64,000 bases of DNA from assembly GCF_009914755.1 (NCBI RefSeq), contig NC_060929.1; one strand, given 5' to 3'. Source of the DNA: the human T2T-CHM13v2.0 reference genome, Homo sapiens. Positions 63,718 to 64,000 of the stretch are shown here, one piece after another (position 1 is the first letter of the stretch; every line of letters starts with the position of its first letter). The notes under the pieces are model-generated. The model searched no databases. It had not been told where the DNA came from and worked only from the letters and a program-made list of their open reading frames with translations. A program made the translations under genes and the position numbers.

Positions 63718-64000
63718 TACCCACCTTGACCTCCCGAAGTGTTGGGATTACAGGCATGAGCCACCGTCCCCGGCCTTAATGATGCACTTTGGATGAGAGT
63801 CATTGCTAATGTATTTTTTTTCTGCAGTCTGCAGTATAGTTTCAATTCCTAATCACTATTTTTTTGTTGTTGTTACTTCATGGCTGCTAATGACCTTATC
63901 ACTAAAACGTCAACAATCCAGATCTGTGTGCAGCACATGGGTGGGGAGAGTGCTTGTGGTTTGCTTTGCCTACAGCATTTTTTCTTACCAGCAGGGGGAG

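Overview
Human (hominid) genomic DNA, recognisable as the 5q33.3 TIM-cluster/MED7 interval. It holds the complete immune-checkpoint gene HAVCR2 (TIM-3; minus strand, 7 coding exons, 906-nt CDS, 301 aa, all GT-AG, Leu140 allele) and the complete MED7 gene (minus strand, one 233-aa coding exon plus a non-coding exon 1 in a CpG-island promoter). The rest is Alu-dense, with a young L1PA ORF2 fragment at the left edge, an old ~10-kb L1M element broken by Alus, two solo ERV LTRs (MER4A-like, LTR2B), and DNA-transposon, L2 and MIR relics. Almost all short ORFs in the track are Alu or L1 artefacts. The most interesting unexplained signal is a set of non-repetitive islands on the PLUS strand between HAVCR2 and MED7 (~24950-31944). 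In order they resemble a TATA promoter/leader, an IgV exon, a stalk exon, a transmembrane exon and a cytoplasmic exon of a decayed TIM-family gene lying head-to-head with HAVCR2. This was seen by eye and needs alignment to confirm. Other observations: a probable twin-primed L1 next to the HAVCR2 3' end, a poly(A)-only insertion, out-of-order templated duplications inside the old L1, a diverged duplication upstream of the MED7 promoter, and routes to soluble TIM-3 isoforms.
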